Shown here piece after piece: positions 14,906 through 27,241 of a stretch of DNA of 63,401 bases. The notes under the pieces were generated by a model. It saw only the letters and a list, made by a program, of their open reading frames with translations. It did no database searches and was not told the origin of the DNA. The stretch spans positions 1 to 63,401 of the forward strand of contig NW_021832421.1 of the NCBI RefSeq assembly GCF_006345805.1. The letters are read 5' to 3'. Within the stretch, counting starts at the first letter, position 1. Every line of letters starts with the position of its first letter. This stretch comes from Octopus sinensis (lineage: Eukaryota). Both the position numbers and the translations under genes were made by a program.

Positions 14906-17325
14906 TGTTTGGGATGAATGGTGGGACGGACAATGGGACAGACTTCGGCGTGTACCTGAACGGCCTACCGCAATTCTCGGACAGCGAGGCGGAGTGCTGC
15001 GAAAGACTGATATCTGCCTGGGAAGTGGAGGAAGCAATGAAGAGTTGCACGAGAGGCAGATCGCCGGGTTTGGATGGTCTGCCCTACGAGCTTTACACTT
15101 CAATGTCAGACTTGTTTGCGGGCCTCTTGGCAAACGTCTACTGCAACTGGCAGCAAAACGGGAGAATTCCTGCTTTTGTTTGTCGAGGGGTGGTGGCTTT
15201 GCTGAGAAAGGACCCAAACAAGGGGCACGTTATTGGGAACTTTAGGCCCATCACTCTGCTCAATGCAGAGTTGAAGATTTTGGCCAAGGTGTTAGCCAAG
15301 AGATTGGCGCTTGTCATGGACAAGCTGATTGACAATGCACAGACATGCGCCGTGCCGACCAGGTCGATACACGATAATCTCCATCTCATGCGCTACATCA
15401 TAGAGAGAGTGGGTAACGACACTGGCACGGATGGGGCTTTGATCAATTTAGATCAGAGTAAAGCCTTCGATAGGGTCGACCATTGATACCTGGCAGCCTG
15501 TTTCGGTCCAGTCTTCCGTGGATGGATCACTGCTTTGTACAGCAACATCTGTTCAGTGATACGGGTGAACGGTCACCTTTCGGAGCCGTTTGACATCTCG
15601 CGTTCAGTTCACCAAGGATGCCCTCTCTCCTCCCTCTTGTACGTATTGACTCTCAAGCCATTACTGCGCAGGTTGGAGGCTTTGAGGAGTATCCCATGTG
15701 ATCTAGGTGGAAACAGCGTGTCTGCCTATGCCAACGATGTCACCGTGATGGTGTTGAGCCACAGGCACATTGACCTGATTGGCGAGACACTAAACGAGTA
15801 CGAAGCGGTGACAGGTGCAAAGATTAACACAGAAAAGTCCGTGGGCTTGCAACTGGGCACCTGGAGAGGCAAGTCTATGCTGTCCAACAGTGTCATAGGG
15901 CGCTGGACAGACGGACCCATTAAACTGCTCGGGGTCTGGTTCAGTCCAGACCTCCAGGTGGATAAAAACTGGGAAGAGGTGACGAACAGGGTGGCCAATC
16001 TCACCCAGAAATGGGCCGAGAAGAAGCTGTCCTCGAAAGATCGAGCAGAGGTGGCGAATGCGTACATCGCATCCGTCATCTATTACCGATTGACCGTCAT
16101 CCCTTGTCCCAACTGCTAGTTGACCAAGCTGGTGCGCTTGCTCTTCGACTTCTTGTGGAAGAGTCAGGTACCACTGGTCAGGTGATCCATCTGCTGTCAA
16201 CGGCCGCTGAACGGAGGCCTTGGCATGCCGTGGTTACTGATGTGCAGACATGCGCTCAGCCTACAGCATCTCAAGTGTTTCCTAGATGGTGAAAAGGTGT
16301 GGTCATCTTTTGTCAGACGCGACTTTCCGCAGCTCGTCTCTTTGACAGAGTTGCAGTCTTGGATCAAACGCAGACCTTGAGTGCTGTCAAGCTCTCTCCG
16401 CCCTCCACCAGGCAGGCAATGCGATCGGTAGTGGTTCCACTCTAGCGTCCTATAGAGGGATAGTGGAAGAAAAGTGCGACGACGTTCTTGGGGAAACTCT
16501 AGGCGTTGACGATAACAAGCTAAACAGTCTGTTGGGGAGAACTTTCGGGCTGAGGCCAATGGATAATTTCCAAAGGTCCCTTGCCTGGCAGTGCTACCGA
16601 GGGGCTCTGCCTGTTCGGGATAAACTCTACTGGCATGGAAGTGCTGTCAGACGGGCCTGCCCGAGGTGCACCCAGGACGACAAAACCGTTCTGCACGCAC
16701 TCGTCCAGTGCCCAAGTATTGCTGAACTATGGGCTACTGTCGCATATAGGTCGGATCCGGCTATCTGCTGAATCCATAGTGAGGATTGCCCCGCCGACCT
16801 CCTTTAACCGGGAGCGTAAGGCAGTTTTCCTTTGCCTAGTGGCTGTAGCGAAAGAGGTGATATGGTGGACCCATTTGAAAGGGCTAAGGTCAGACACCTT
16901 CCTCTTTGGCCAAGGCCTCATCAACTTTTTCAAGTTTCACTTGAAAAGGAAGATGAGAGTAGAGAGGGAAGTGATGTCTGGTAGCAAGTTTATTGAAAGG
17001 TGGGTGAATGTCGCAAGAATGGCCAGTATGAACGGACCAATTCTGAGGATACACCTGTGAGAATTAAAAGGAAATATAAAAGGAGAAAGGGGTTCTATAA
17101 CCCCCACACACACACCTTTTGACAAGGCTCTCGTGGCTTTTATGGGTTTTTCCACGAGTAACCTTTTGAAGTGCCTCCCCCTATTGGGAGTTTTAATTGT
17201 TACTTACATTTCGTTGTTATCCTGCTTTGTACACGGACTTTTTCAAACGGACAAAACCCTTTGTAACTTTCGTCCTTTTATGTTTTAATTGATATTTGTT
17301 AGCCCTTGTGGCCAATAAACGAACG
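14906..17325 (+). mobile_element. 5'-truncated L1/Tx1-clade LINE (ORF2 RT + C-terminal CCHC), disabled by stops and frameshifts
   Basis: SPGLDGLPYE, NFRPITLLNAELKILAK, LDQSKAFDRVDH, QGCPLS, AYAND, KLLGVWF, CPRC...TVLHALVQC. 3' UTR ends AATAAA plus short repeats. Confidence 0.93.
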
Positions 17326-17589
17326 AATTATTATTATTGTTATTCAATTCACTGTTATTATTATTATTATCCAGGCAGTGACCTGAATAATAATATCGAA
17401 AAATACCTTAGGAATGAGAAATGAGATTCAAAATTTCCTCCAAGACACTTGATGAATGCTGGAGGGTATATCAGCTGAAACATTGTGTTAACAACAAACA
17501 AGATGAGGAGAAATATCCGTCTAATGTAGACAATGTATTATAGATTGTATTAACACATGAAATATTAGTTTTAAAAATAGACATTGAAA

Positions 17590-17626
<37 letters not shown>

Positions 17627-19219
17627 ATATATTCAATGTATTGCGTGAGCTGAGAAGCTCTAACAAGACAGAAACAAGTTCATAGTTATTCTTTCTCTTG
17701 CCAACACCCACCTCCCTCTTCTCTGCATTGCCAACAGTCTACTTTTAATTCCAGTTATCTTGATAATAATTCATCATCTGATGATTTTTACTCCTAATTA
17801 CTCATGTAACCCTAAATTAATTGGTGTCTTCTCTCAGTATACACCAAGCATGTTAGGACTGGTTTGGCTATTTGGTCTCCATACAGAGGGTGTCCATGGG
17901 AATTTGACATTAGTTCTTAAAGTGTGTGAACGTATATATATGCATGACTATATGTTGCTTATGTGGACAGGTAGATGCCTATAGAGATTACAGACAGCAA
18001 TTAGTCATTAGATAAATTTTTATAAGGTAAAGATTGACAGTAACTTTAAATTTTCGTCCATCAGTTTATGACTGCCTTTCTTTGTAAGAATTAATGTCCC
18101 AACATGCACGCATGCACACACATGTGCATGCGCACACTCACACACGTTTTTGTATTTGGTTTGCAAGATTTTTGATGTGAACCCGTGTGTTGAAACAGAT
18201 TTTTTTGTATCTACGGGAGAGGGGCTCATTATGCCAGTAATTGACACATGCACTGGTTCTATTTCACTTCTATTTTTATTTGTTAATTGGTCAACTATTT
18301 AACCAATTGCTTGTTTGATTAATTGATTATCGTTTGATTAATCAATTGGCAAATAATAAAGTGTGCTTATGACTGGCATGATGACCCTCCCAAGACACAC
18401 ACACACTCATAGAGAGGATGAAGCTTACCAACCTATCTATACATGTCACTGGTGCAAGCTGCACAGTGACCTCACTCGACTGCACATAACTGTGGTACCT
18501 ACATACAACTGAGTGAACCATATCTCACTGAGGTACCTACTCACAGCTAGATAGACTGCGCCTCACAGCAGTACCTATTTACGGCTAGGTGGACTGTGCC
18601 TCACTCAAGTAGTACTTTCTATTTTTAATACCTTAGTGACAGGAGAAATAGCAATGCCTGTGAACCCTTTCTGGGCCTCAGGGCCTCTGACTGAAGGAAG
18701 CAGCTCATTGTCAGACAAGAGACCTGACCTGAATGCTTGTAATAGAGTAAACTCTATTAAACAAACCCAAGGGCCAGGTAACGGTGTTATCAAACTAGAT
18801 TAAGTTTACCAGCCAAGAGCAGGAAGAGACCTTTCAAAGGGCTTCCACACAGTCTCCATCTATGAAGCGTCAGTTACAAAGTTTTGGTCATAAGCTCGGC
18901 TTTGGTGAGGCTAAGGTCATGGTGGAAGATATTTGAGGTGCCACGCAATGGTTTTGAACTTGAAACTAAATCATTGCAAAGTGAACTCATTAACCCCTAC
19001 GGCCCAACCCATGCCTGCATGCATGCAGAAGGGACAGGTTTTTGTCACCTGAAAAGGTCACATGTAGCAAGAGGTGACTGGGTGAATCCATCCTACTTCA
19101 TGGATGGAGCACATCATTGTCCTGTTTGTACATCTACATGGATACACACAATTATATTGGTTTAAGACAATAAGCTATGGTGATGATGGGGTACCACCAT
19201 GTGTGTGTTAGGGTTAGGG

Positions 19220-19601
19220 TGTGGCTGTGTGGTAAGTAGCTTTCTTCCCAACCACATGGTTCCAGGTTCAGTCCTGCTGTGAGGAACCTTGGGTAAGTGT
19301 CTTCTACTATAGCCTTGGGCTAACCAAAGCCTTGAGTGGATTTGATAGATGGAAACTGAAAGAAGCCTGTCATATTTATGTATATATATATGTATGTGTA
19401 TGTTTGTGTGTCAGAGTTTGTTCCTCCAACATTGCTTGACAACCCATATTGGTGTATTTACATCCCTGTAACATAGTGGTTCAGCAAAAGAGACCGATAG
19501 AGTAGGTACTAAGCTTACAAAGAATATGTCCTGGGATTGATTTGTTTGACTAAAGGTGGTGCTCCAGCATGGCCACAGTCAAATGACTGAAACAGGTAAG
19601 A
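19220..19601 (+). mobile_element. tRNA-derived SINE family A
   Basis: Colinear with 59669-60083. Confidence 0.85.
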
Positions 19602-20059
19602 ATATATATATGAATGGTAACGAGGTGTGGATCCAATCAGTGCTTGCAGATGATTGTTAGATGAATGCACATTAGCAGACAATGTGCAAAACAGGTGATG
19701 TAGATTTAATTAAATGTGGTCAGTAGTAATATCGGCAGGCAGGGGTCTGCCATCAGGATGATAAAGCCTCTGAAATGATTGAGTAGACCTGTTCTTTATC
19801 AATTTCGTTGAGTATTTGCATTAAATCTCTTTAAATATTTCTTATTAAGAAGTAGTGATGATAAAAAAAGGACAAAAAAATTTGTTTGAAAATCCAAAAA
19901 AGTTTTTATTACCCAACCATCAACCAGTCCAGCTTCCCTGCCCACTATTTCTGAGTGGGTCATGGGGGCAGGGTTCTTAGACACCTTTTCTGCAGCTTCA
20001 TCCCCCCACCCCACCCCATCACAAGTAACCATTATTAGACTTTCTGGTTGGCTTCCCAA

Positions 20060-20290
20060 CTGAAACTATTATTATTATCCAGTCGTTTCCTTTCTGGTCC
20101 ACCTCTTGATCTCTTGATCTGGTTACTTTGACTTGAAGAATCCATCTTGTGATTCTTTCCTGTGACATTCTAACCACAGGTTTGTAAATCTGTAGTTGTG
20201 ACCTTCCAATGCAAAGAGGTAGCAGTTCAATCTCAAGAGATCCCTTGATCTCTTGCTTCACATCCTGTTGAGTAAAATTACTCCAGAGAC
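20060..20290 (-). mobile_element. Old RTE-like LINE fragment
   Basis: LEIELLPLCIGRSQLQIYKPVVRMSQERITRWIL resembles a degenerate RSQLRWxGHVxRM. Confidence 0.55.
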
Positions 20291-20846
20291 ATTTCAGAGA
20301 AACCCCAAGAAATTAAAAGGATGGGGGACTAATAAATCATCAATGATTTCATTAAGGAATCAATGATAAAAGGGGTCTTCTGACCCCTGATTTAATCTGT
20401 CGCTCGATGCCTTTAGTCCATTCTGTTGTAAGCATTTAGGTCAGGTTTTTGGTTTGAGGGGAGCTTCCTCCCTGCCACACTCACACCAGTATTAGAGTCC
20501 TTTTAAAAAAATAAAGGGTTGCTGCCCTCCCTCCCTGAAGAAACAGTAAAAGAATAAATTATGTAATCAACTCCACCACCATCAATATACTACACTATTG
20601 ACTCACTAAACATAGCAACCAAATCTCCCTCAAACAACACTGTTGTCTCTAAAAATTAGGGACACATTGTCCTAATTATGCAATGTTCATTCAGGTGAAC
20701 CTAGGGCTAAACAGAAGCACCATCACTACCACTGATATCATCAGCACTGACTCTAAGGCATTGCAAATGATAAGGGTGGCTGTAAGTGTTCACTTGATCT
20801 GCTAGAAACAGCGGCCAAAACTCCCTCAAACCATATTGCACCACCT

Positions 20847-21234
20847 TAACCCTTTACCATCTCCTCATACAACTTTTCAAAATAAACAATCACATCATCA
20901 AAATCTCAAAGCAATGAGAAGATAAGTGCAGGATTAATTCAAAACACTGTGACCAGAATAATCTGTGACTGCCAAAACAGGGATTCTCAACCAGGGCCCA
21001 TATGAGCCTTGATGGTGGTGGTGGTGGTGGGGGGTCCACATAAGATTTTGTTAAAACTTATCTGCAACCGGTTATAATTTTACAATACATGAAATATTTT
21101 TACTTCTTTTATACAATTCCTTTAAAAATATGATAGGAATTTTTGAAACACTGAATGGCTATGAGGGGTCCATTTGAATAAAATAGGAATCAAAACGGGA
21201 CCATAGGTGAAAAGGGGTTGAGCTAAAGGGTTAA
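20847..21234. mobile_element. TTAA/ccctt MITE with the hAT-like MITE nested inside
   Basis: Ends ttaacccttta...taaagggttaa. The outer part matches 42960-43170 (catcaaaatctcaaagc...ggattaattc). The inner part, 20978-21222, matches 9491-9743. Confidence 0.55.
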
Positions 21235-21589
21235 GCAAAAAAAAAAATACACTAAATAATGTATTCCTATGTTTATACTCCTAAAATGTCAAGATGGTCA
21301 TGGTTGGAATGCTTTCAGTTTCAGCAAGTTTGGTCAATTATGTTTGATGCAGAGCTAAACAACCATGAAGTTAGGGATACACACAAGTGTGCATGTAAAT
21401 GCTGTTCTTGCATTTGGGTGCACACTTAACCGCAATGTGAAAATATGCACCAGATTGCTGCAAGTTAATCAACACAGCTGTGCAGTGCATAGTAACTGCA
21501 CACCCAAGTGTTGCATATCTAAGTAAAGATGCAACTCTTGCATATAAACAGTGCACAACTTGAGTGTGCTAGTTTAGCAGAAGGTAGGT

Positions 21590-21875
21590 GCACATCTGAT
21601 AATGCAAGATCGTGCAAGTTAGCTGCACACCCGATGATGCAAGATCAATAGAAACGAGGTGGTGCACATCTGACGAGAGACTGTGCAAGACAGCTGCAAA
21701 ACTGATCAAGCAAGACGAGGGAAAGTCAGCTGCATATTTGATGATGATACAAGTTCAACGTAACTTAGATGCACACATGATGTTAGTTGTTGCACATTTG
21801 ATAATGCAAGTCAATAAAAGGTAGCTGCATACCTGATGATGCAAGCTCAGTGGTTTGTTACTGCACATCATCGGA
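21590..21875. repeat. Degenerate minisatellite
   Basis: Recurring tgcacatctgat(a/g)atgcaag motif about every 30-45 bp. Confidence 0.65.
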
Positions 21876-22625
21876 TGCTGGAGGAGCAAGGGGAGAGGCG
21901 TGATGGGGTGATGGAGAGAGAGAGAGAGGGAGAGAGAGACACATACAGAGATGGTGGTGGAGAGACGAATGACAGTGAGGATGCTGGGAGGATGCAGAAA
22001 CAGTGGAAAATATGGAGCAGAGAGAGGAGAGTAAGGAGGTCGAGTATGAGAGAGGAAGGGAGAGGGAGGGAGAGGAAGGGAGAGAGAGAGGGAGAGGAAG
22101 GGAGAGAGAGAGAGAGGAAGGGAGAGAGAGAGAGAGAGGAGCGAGTGAAGAAATTAGAAAACAAAACAGCGGAGACATCTGTTTGGACAGACAGACAAGA
22201 TAGGCAAACAAACACACAGACACACATTCATTGTCAAAAACGACGGAGGATCTGATTGTTAGGTGTGTGTGTGTGTGCGTTTGTAGTCCCACGTCCCTCG
22301 TACGTACATCAAACAACCTTTGACCTTTTCTATCCGAAACAGTTTTTCAACCCAATATTTACATATTATTTATAGCTTTCTCTGGATTTCAAGAACCAAT
22401 TCCGTTCCACAAAAGTGAATTCCTTCAAGTTTTCTCAAAAGTTTATAAATTCCCATGACAGAAGGGTGTGTGTATACACGCACTTATACGACTTTGAAGG
22501 AAACACATTGAAACTGGTAATATTTTCTAAAAATCACTGGATGTAACAAATATAAAAAAACACTTATAAAAAATACTTATCCTGTTTGATTAAAGGAGAA
22601 AAAAACGTAAAGAGAATCTTTAAAC

Positions 22626-22659
<34 letters not shown>

Positions 22660-23611
22660 TACATGAACACAAAACACAGTATTTATAGCGAATTCCTGTA
22701 AGCAGTGGTAGCACTGTAAAATTGACAACCGTTTCACCATTTTCAGTTCTTAATTCACCTCTTGCCAACAGAATAGCACAGGCTGAAGAGAAAGGGACAG
22801 TACCTGACTAACTTGGTCCCCTTTACAGGGAGCACATGGCTGCTGTTGTTTACTCAAACGCTATGGCCTTGCTGGAGCATTGCCATGTTAGTTATTTTTT
22901 ATTAACGATCTTTTAATTAGAAACGAAGGCAATGTCCATCGTCCCTTACAGGTTACCAAAGACGGGTCGGAAGAAAGGCAGAAGGTGACAACAAACCAGA
23001 GTCCTGGTCTGAATGTTTGGTGTCCACTTAAGGTGTCTCAGGGGCCAAGTGGTGGTATTAAAGTAGGTGAGGGATTAAGTCTTGCCACACAAATAAGCTA
23101 TGGTGGGATTTGAACTCATAAAAAATACCATAAGGTATTCAGCTCAGAGATCTCCTGGCCTTGATTGGTACTTTTTATTGACCCCCCTGAGAGAACGAAA
23201 TGGTAAGTTGTCTTTGATGGAATGTGAACTTAGAACACCAGAACAAATACTGACAAACATTCTACTTGAAACTCCTATGACTGATAACCCTTTTATTGTC
23301 CCCGAGGGAGCAGACTCCGGATCAAAATATAATCCAACCATGACCATTCCATCGTTTTTTCAAGGAAAAGTATCCTTTGGAGTACATCATCAAATGTGAC
23401 CTTATTTAATTTGGTAGTGTGAAGCTTGAGGGAGATTCCATTAGTATCTTTAGTAGCTTGAACGACATCATCGGCCTCTCTCTTGATGTAGCAGGACAAT
23501 ACATGGAGATGAAACATGCTGCTCCACACAACTCAGTGTTATAGAGTGCGAATCATACCTATGGATATAGCTTGGCCCTCACGTGTGTGTGTGTGTGTGT
23601 GTGTGTGTACA

Positions 23612-23662
<51 letters not shown>

Positions 23663-24699
23663 GTGTATGTGTGTGTGTGTGTGTATACAGACACACACAC
23701 ATATGTATGTATGTATGTATGTAGGGAGGAGAAATACCGAGTCAAGAGGTCTTTTTAGGTGCGCTGAGGACATGACACCTCTCTAGTGGTGGTGCTGTGA
23801 AAAATAGCCCCCCAGTTCACTATATGTAGGGGTTAGCATTAGGAAGGACATTAAACCACAGAAATCAAACCAGAACAAATCATACAAATGAGATGCACTC
23901 CTTTGACCTAAGAAGACCAGCAACACTACCAAATATGGACTGACTGACTATGGCAGCTCATCCAACCCGTGCCAGGATGGAAAACGAAGCAAAATGAGAT
24001 GATGATGATGATGTGGTGCACCTGAGCACTGTATACAATAATTTCATTATTATTATACAGGCACAAACCAAAAGTATACAAGCATGACTGTGCATTTAAG
24101 ATTCACATGCTTTAGGTTCAGTCCCACTGTGTGGCACTTTAGACAAATAGTGTCTTGTACAATAGCCCAGACCAGTAGACTGTCGTGTGTGCGATACTTG
24201 TAAACGAGCGTCACCGTCGTACACAAGGTGTTATTCATTTCCAATGTTCTATGGAAACATGCAGAGTCCTGGAGAAATATTTTTTTTGCTTGTGAACAGG
24301 TGAGGGTTGGCAACAGGAAAGACATCCAGCTAGAGAAAAATCTGCATCAATGAATTCTGTCCAACCCATACATGCACGGAAATGCAGACGTCAAAACGAT
24401 CGATCTATCTATCTACCGACATACATTCATTATATACATACATGCATACAGACAGACAGACAACAAGAGGAAGATAAGATCCCCTGTGTTGTCCATATAA
24501 ACTCACTGTCAGGGAGCTGTATACGTGTGTATAAAACGCTGGCCTATTCTGAGATATATACTCAGTATGAAGAGGAGTCCTGTGCACATCCACATACCTC
24601 GACATTATATGTGGCTCTATAATTATATATGCATAAAACTTGGTCATTCTCTCTCTCTCTCTCTACATACATACATAATATATATAATAGGGTAGGCCG

Positions 24700-24770
24700 G
24701 TTTATGGGGTTACCCTGGGTTTCTCGCTCATAAGGGGTTTAGCCTTACGGCGTATCCTCAGATCCAAAAC
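24700..24770 (-). ncRNA. Type-I hammerhead ribozyme motif in a (TA)n insert
   Basis: Minus strand gttttggat-CTGAGGA-tacgccgtaagg..ccttatgagcga-GAAAC-CCAGG-GTA-accccataaac. Core intact, stem I imperfect. Confidence 0.65.
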
Positions 24771-24791
24771 ACTGCTGGCCTGAACCTCTTT

Positions 24792-24853
<62 letters not shown>

Positions 24854-25909
24854 TGAAGTGTGCACGACACGTCAACAAGCTGCATGCCAAAGTAGACATT
24901 GGAAGTGAATACAGTTCTCTAGTTTATCGGACCGTCCAACTCGTGCCAGCACGGAAGAATGATTTTAAGTGTGTGTGTGTGTGTGTGTACATACATCATT
25001 CACAAGCTGTTTACATATATTCCTATACATAGACTATTTATCTTATATATACACCCACATAGGTTTTCAAGTTCTATATATAAACCTACGCAAGGATGTA
25101 TGTATATATGAGTGCAACAGATTACGTTGCTATTTTCACAATATGCCATTTAAATCTACACACACATAAGGTACATGTAATATATTTATTTCACTTAACT
25201 ATATACACACATGCTATACATATATACATACACAAAAAAAACATCCGTAATCTCTGAACGTATAACAATGTATAGAATAAAGTTACATTCCTTCAACACA
25301 CATAGTGTACATATAGATAACGTATTACACACGCGTATATATATACACACATGCATATGGTTTTCAGACACATACTGTAGTCATACATATACATAATACA
25401 CATACACAACAGATACATAATACATACACATACAAATTTATACGTGAACAGCATATTTCAACATACTGAGCCACACACACACACACACACACATATGAAG
25501 CTTTTAAACAAATAGATTTTGAACACACACACGTACATATATAGAAAATATATACATATATATACAGACACACACATATACAGACAACCATATACGTGTA
25601 CATGCACGAGTATATACACACATACATACAGACACAGCAACTCACATGTTGAAAATCCATCCAATTACACAATATATCTAAACATAGATTTACACACATA
25701 TAACGTACACACATACACACACGTGATTGTAATATTTATATATACACAAATATATATACACACCCATACATGTAAGTCTACACAGACACATCTATCCACA
25801 TGTATATTTAAGTTATATAAATGCCAACACGTATGTACAATTTAACCCCCCCCCCTCAACTTATAAATAACTATATGTATGTTTAATGCCTTTGAACACA
25901 TACTAGCGA

Positions 25910-25972
<63 letters not shown>

Positions 25973-26202
25973 GCATTTAAGCACACACACACGTACGTAC
26001 CTCTAATGTATGCAACCGAACACATGATATAGACATACATTTGCTATATATATATATATATATATATATGCATTATACACACATTCATTATGCATTACAA
26101 AGATATATATATTGCGCATTATATTGCATGCATAACAAATTATATGCATGCATTATATTGCATAACATACATTGCATATATGCACAATACATATATTGCA
26201 TA

Positions 26203-26238
<36 letters not shown>

Positions 26239-26604
26239 CAATTACATACATTATGCAGTATTTTATACACAATTATTATGCGGTATATATACAACAATAT
26301 TATATTATGCAGCAAATATAAACGCGATTACATTAAGCATTATACACACACAATTATATAATGCATTATACATACACATAATTACGTATTATACACGCGC
26401 ACAGAATCATATGCACTCTATATATGCACATATACACGCAGTTATATTATGCATTATATATGCACACTCTTGCTATTATATTTTGTAGTTTATATACACA
26501 TACATAATATCACATATTTTAAATACACACACAAATATATTAAGCATATCTATCTCTATATAAAACAATGCATGTCATATACATCGCTCTAAATCATCAT
26601 ATAA

Positions 26605-26640
<36 letters not shown>

Positions 26641-26702
26641 GAACATACACGAGCACACACACACACACATATTATTGTAAAGGAAATAAAGTTAAGACTT
26701 AC

Positions 26703-26793
26703 CACTTTTTCCGACTCCACCATCGCCCAGAATGACAACTTTGTAAACCCGGATCCCTTTGATTGCAGAGTTTGAAGCACCTTGGTTGCTCAT
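26703..26793 (-). CDS. First coding exon of a Rit/Ric-like Ras-family small GTPase (MSNQGASNSAIKGIRVYKVVILGDGGVGKS-)
   Basis: ATG preceded by caaaac. YKVVILGDGGVGKS P-loop (G1 box). Ends at a GTAAGT donor in phase 1. RVYKxVILGDGGVGKS is typical of invertebrate Rit/Ric. Downstream exons were not found in the window. Confidence 0.85.
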
Positions 26794-27127
26794 GTTTTGT
26801 CTTTAAATAATCTTCTAGTCAGCTTATATATATATATTTATATATACACACACACAGATGGTGTGTATACACTCCCTCTTCAGTGGAGAGTATAGCAAGG
26901 AACTGAAGGGGGAAGCCCTTAGATTGGTTCCAGCAACTTTTCACACCAAACAGGGCTGCTTCTTTAAAACAGCCCCTCTTTTAGCGTTGTGTCTGTGGGT
27001 CAGGGTTACGCTGGGTGGGGTAGACGACAGACTTGTAGCGTTTTAGTGTATCTATATAGATATGTGTGTACGGGACTGTTTAGTGTTAAAATATGTGTAC
27101 AAATATTAGTATGTGTATATGTGTGAG

Positions 27128-27184
<57 letters not shown>

Positions 27185-27241
27185 TTACTCTGTACAAAAT
27201 ATAACTGTGTATGCATATGTATATATTTATGTGTGTGTGTG

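Noticed and set aside
15484-16380. In-frame TGA codons in the LINE as selenocysteine or readthrough
   Set aside because: They coexist with TAG stops and frameshifts and fit CGA/TGG decay; no SECIS recognised.
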